Shown here piece by piece: positions 34,278 to 38,171 of a DNA stretch of 38,171 bases. The notes under the pieces were generated by a model. The model had not been told where the DNA came from. It did no database searches and saw only the letters and a list, made by a program, of their open reading frames with translations. The DNA comes from Tubiluchus corallicola (lineage: Eukaryota; Animalia; Priapulida). Positions within the stretch are counted from its first letter, which is position 1; each line of letters starts with the position of its first letter. The translations under genes were made by a program, and so were the position numbers. The stretch covers positions 1 through 38,171 of the forward strand of contig JAQGDQ010001495.1 of assembly GCA_030141605.1 (NCBI GenBank). Reading direction: 5' to 3'.

Positions 34278-34510
34278 ATTGATTGATTGATTGATTGATT
34301 GTTTGAAATGCCTCACAAGCTTGTCTGTTCAATGCTGTCAAAGTTTTTTTCATTATCCTACAATCCACTCTGTCCTCTGGGATAACTAAATGTGTCTTGC
34401 GGTTGAGATCCGGTGAATGCGATAAAGAATGCACACGGTTGTAGTGGTGAATTACTTCAACCCTTAATTTTATGTTAGAATTGAATCCAAACGTCCGAAG
34501 GTCACGCATA
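34278..34510 (-). mobile_element. Possible 5'-truncated LINE 3' end with (ATCA)n tail
   Basis: Minus-strand reading frame (..PEDRVDCRIMKK..) runs into a caatcaatcaatcaatcaat tail; weak resemblance only. Confidence 0.3.
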
Positions 34511-34632
34511 GTAAGTAATTTAAATATCAGTCTTTGTTGGATTAAAAATGTAATTAACAGTCAATTAACTTCATCCCATAAGTAAAAAAATTAATACTTC
34601 ACAACAAAAATTAGTAAAAACTAATAAAGAAG

Positions 34633-34997
34633 ACATCCAAAAGGACAGAGGACTTCCTTGAAGAGAAAGGCCTTCCTAGATAACTTCGTAGAGAACAGAA
34701 GACTTCCAGTATGTCAGAGTACATCCAAGAGGACAGAAGACTTCCAAGAGGACAGAGGACTTTCAAGAGGACAGAGGACTTCCAAGAGGACAGAAGACTT
34801 CCAAGAGGACAGAGGACTTCCAAGAGGACAGAAGACTTCCAAGAGGACAGACGACTTCCTAGAATACAATGGACATCCTACACGACTTCCTAGATGACAG
34901 AGGACTTGCAAGGGGAAGGACTTCCAAAAGGACAGAGGACTTCCTAGAGGACAGATTACTTCCAAGTGGAAAGAAGACCTCCTTGAGGACAGAGAAC
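34633..34997. repeat. About 19-bp minisatellite (ttccaagaggacagaggac), about 18 degenerate copies
   Basis: Direct reading. Confidence 0.9.
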
Positions 34998-35149
34998 TTC
35001 TTAGATATCAAACGACAATTTTCAAGATCTTTTAATGCAGATATTAGTAAACAAGTGCTATTTTTATGCTATTCTAAGTACGCAATTGATAATCCATATC
35101 ACTAGCCTTCCAAGGCTACCTTCTTAAATAAGCTACCTTATATATTGCC

Positions 35150-35400
35150 TAACAACAACAACAGCAACAAAAACAACAAACAGCAATGATGACGACGACT
35201 ACAACGATACTAACTGTGACAACAACAACAAGGATGACGATACTAGCTGCGGCAGCAACAACAACAATGACACCAGCTGTGACAACAACAACAACTACGG
35301 CGACAGTAGCTGTGAAAACAACAACAACAACGACGACGACAACAACAAGGCAACAACGGCAACGACAATGACAAAAACAGCAGCAGCAGCAGCAGCAGTG

Positions 35401-35433
<33 letters not shown>

Positions 35434-35461
35434 GCAGCAACAAAGACAATGACAACAACAA
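35150..35461. repeat. Degenerate (CAA/CAG/CGA)n microsatellite
   Basis: Direct reading. Confidence 0.88.
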
Positions 35462-35913
35462 TAAAAAAAATTACTCCCAGAGTATTTAGGTCACTGCACT
35501 GATCATACCACTCAAGATTTCAGGCCATTGAGACTTACCGCATCAAATTTTGAAACTATGATAAATTTGCTAAATTTTGAGTAATACTTTGATGTAGTAA
35601 AATGATGTATTTTTGATGTTCTGCATTATAACTCTTTGGTTTTATCTCACCCTCCAATAAAATGTTATGTACAATCATGTATAAGAATAAATAAAAAATC
35701 CCACACCAAGAAAAGACACGACGCTTCGATCACTATGGACTATCCCGCTTTATTTCTTTTCATAATTTGTACAGGATCATGATAATAAAACAATGTCTTA
35801 AAAATTTGTTCACGACATCAATTCATTTCTGTTTTCTATGCAAATGATGCAATTGACATGATTTGTATTACTTTTCGTAAGATCACAGACATTCGTTTTT
35901 GCATTATGTTAGA

Positions 35914-36070
<157 letters not shown>

Positions 36071-36176
36071 TTTTCTGGGTTATCTTAGGCTATTTCCGAG
36101 TTAATTACCTACAGGGTTGTTCACAAGCGAGTAACCAAAATATTACTAATTATTAATCACTCATTCTTATTGTCAC

Positions 36177-36251
36177 CTGACGGTGCTCGAGGATGGTGGA
36201 TCGAAGTGTCATGACTTTGTGTTTTTCTTCTAGCGTGAGATTTTTCATTAA
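36177..36251 (-). other. Candidate 75-nt cassette exon
   Basis: ttaatgcag|TTAATGAAAAATC...GCACCGTCAG|gtgaca; stop-free in phase 1 and phase 0; weak pyrimidine tract. Confidence 0.25.
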
Positions 36252-36739
36252 CTGCATTAATTTGTTTGAATAAGAATTATCTCCGGTTTAGCAAGTGTAG
36301 CCAAGATTTCACTGTTTTCAACCAAGCACCAATAGCGCAATGATCTTGCATCAGTATCATCGACTAATCAATCTTTAAAAATCAATCAATATTACACATT
36401 TCTTATATCGAATAAAATTACAGGGGTCCCTCACACAGAGCCACCCACACCCATTTTTTGTCTTTTTTTGTAATATATTTTAGTGGCATTTACATAGCTT
36501 GCAATAAACTCATTGAAAATTCTTTAAATCTTTTGTTTGTCAACAAAAACATTCATTTAGAAATACCAATATTTTAATATTTATTGCAAAACAAATGAGC
36601 ACATACTTCAACACAACCGTAGTGAAAAAACAGACTGTTACATATGCTCAAGGAGCCCCAAACTTGAAGGGCCCTAGGCCGCAACACATACTAGTCTGTG
36701 GGATAATCCGGTCCTGTTTACTAGCATCCTTGCCTAACT

Positions 36740-36798
36740 CCCTCCCTCCCATCTGTCTCCCTCTCTTTCTATCTCCCCCCTCTTTCTCTCTCTCTCCC

Positions 36799-36829
<31 letters not shown>

Positions 36830-37108
36830 TCCCACCCTAACCCTGTCTGTCTCTCTCTCCCTCTCTCTCTCTCTCTATCTCCCTCCCTCCCTACCTCCTT
36901 CCCTCCCTCCCTCTCTCTCTCTCTATCTGTCTCTCTCTCTCTCTCTGTCTCTCTCTCTCTTTCTGTCTCTCTCTCTTACCCTCTCTCCCTCTTTCTCTCT
37001 CCCCTCTCTCTCTCTCTCTGTCTCTCTTTCTCTCTCTCTTCCCCTCTCTCTCTCTCTCTCTCACTCTCACTCTCTCTATCTTTTTCTCCTATATTAATTC
37101 TCTCTTTC
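36740..37108. repeat. Degenerate CT-rich polypyrimidine tract
   Basis: Direct reading. Confidence 0.9.
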
Positions 37109-37754
37109 TGGGTTATCTTAGGTTATTTCCGAGCTAATTACCTACGGGGTTGTTCACAAGCGAGTAACCAATATATCTGTTTATTAGCAGTTACTCAAGA
37201 GGATTGAGTATACTTGAGTATCGCGGAGTACCCGTATTGGGTAAAAATGGAAATGAAATGGATGAACACGTTTTCCAAAGTAACATATTAGAAAATCTAC
37301 GTCACATTCGCAAGTGTGGTTTCTCAAGATTGGCCGGGCATGGCGTCAAACCTGCATAATATACCTGAACAATTTCCAGAACTCAGCAAATCTAACTGGC
37401 ATGTTGTCATTAAAACAAGTTCGCATGAGCTGGAGTGAGCTGGAAAGGCTAGATAAAGTTATCCATCTATTCTCTTCTGAAACGGCTTAAGACACCCTTT
37501 GGCCAAAACAGGGAAAATCTCATAATTCCACACAAAAGCAGTCCAAGAGAATAGCAAAAAGGTGAAGAAACAACATGTGGTCAAAAAACCTGTTGAAATA
37601 AATAGAAACAGAAACAACTGATGTACATTTTACCTAAACTTATCAAGCCAATGACCAGTTCACTGACCCTTATCAATGACCAGTTCACTGATTGATTTTT
37701 AAAGATTAATTAATTGTCAGATCATTAATAATTGCAGGTTAACTCTTTACTTAC

Positions 37755-37784
37755 AGATGTCACGAGAGTCAGTTTCATCCGACC
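37755..37784 (-). other. Candidate 30-nt microexon of the dynein gene
   Basis: tttcttattttacttgtttctaacag|GGTCGGATGAAACTGACTCTCGTGACATCT|gtaagt; open in phase 1 (GSDETDSRDI). Confidence 0.45.
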
Positions 37785-38171
37785 CTGTTAGAAACAAGTA
37801 AAATAAGAAACAACAACATACACATATTATGTCACACACATAAAAAAGTAAGTGCTATTCATACAGTGCATATAACAAAATCCAAGAGGATGTCACATTT
37901 TCTATATGCATTACAGTCAATCCTCATTGTAGTGCCTTCCCCCATGTATAATGCCAGCTTCGCTTAGCGCCCAAACTTTTCCAAAAAATAAATAAATAAA
38001 TAAAACAATTTCTCAAAAATTTGTTCACAACATCAATTAATTTCTGTTTCCTATGCAAATTATGCAACTGGCATGATTTGTATTACTTTTTGTAAGATCA
38101 AGGAAGATTCTTGTTTTTTTTTTGCTCTTCAGCTCAACCCGCCACAGACAGTTTGGGCAGATTTTCCTATA

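Noticed and set aside
35539-35555. AG...GTAAGT-bounded 17-nt microexon candidate
   Set aside because: Not a multiple of 3 and lacks a pyrimidine tract.
37365-37589. AG/GT-bounded segment as the missing upstream dynein exon
   Set aside because: Stops in all three frames on the minus strand and no dynein similarity.

Overview
Eukaryotic (animal, probably invertebrate) genomic DNA lying entirely within one minus-strand gene: an axonemal inner-arm dynein heavy chain closest to DNAH12. Eleven GT-AG exons between 30090 and 2621 join in phase into about 640 codons covering the end of AAA5 through AAA6; the gene continues beyond both ends of the window. The introns are filled with intron-private minisatellites (about a third of the window), hAT-, piggyBac- and Tc1/pogo-type MITEs, a complete 5S-rRNA-headed SINE with an RTE-like body, and microsatellites. 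The most notable observations are: (1) a 61-bp satellite of about 43 copies built from an exon/intron junction, in which every unit is itself a GT...AG mini-intron; (2) three candidate frame-preserving cassette or micro-exons (30, 75 and 18 nt) in the upstream intron; (3) a 5.5-kb satellite expanded inside a hAT MITE; (4) inverted MITE copies bracketing three phase-0 exons. Family assignments are from recalled sequences, not database searches.
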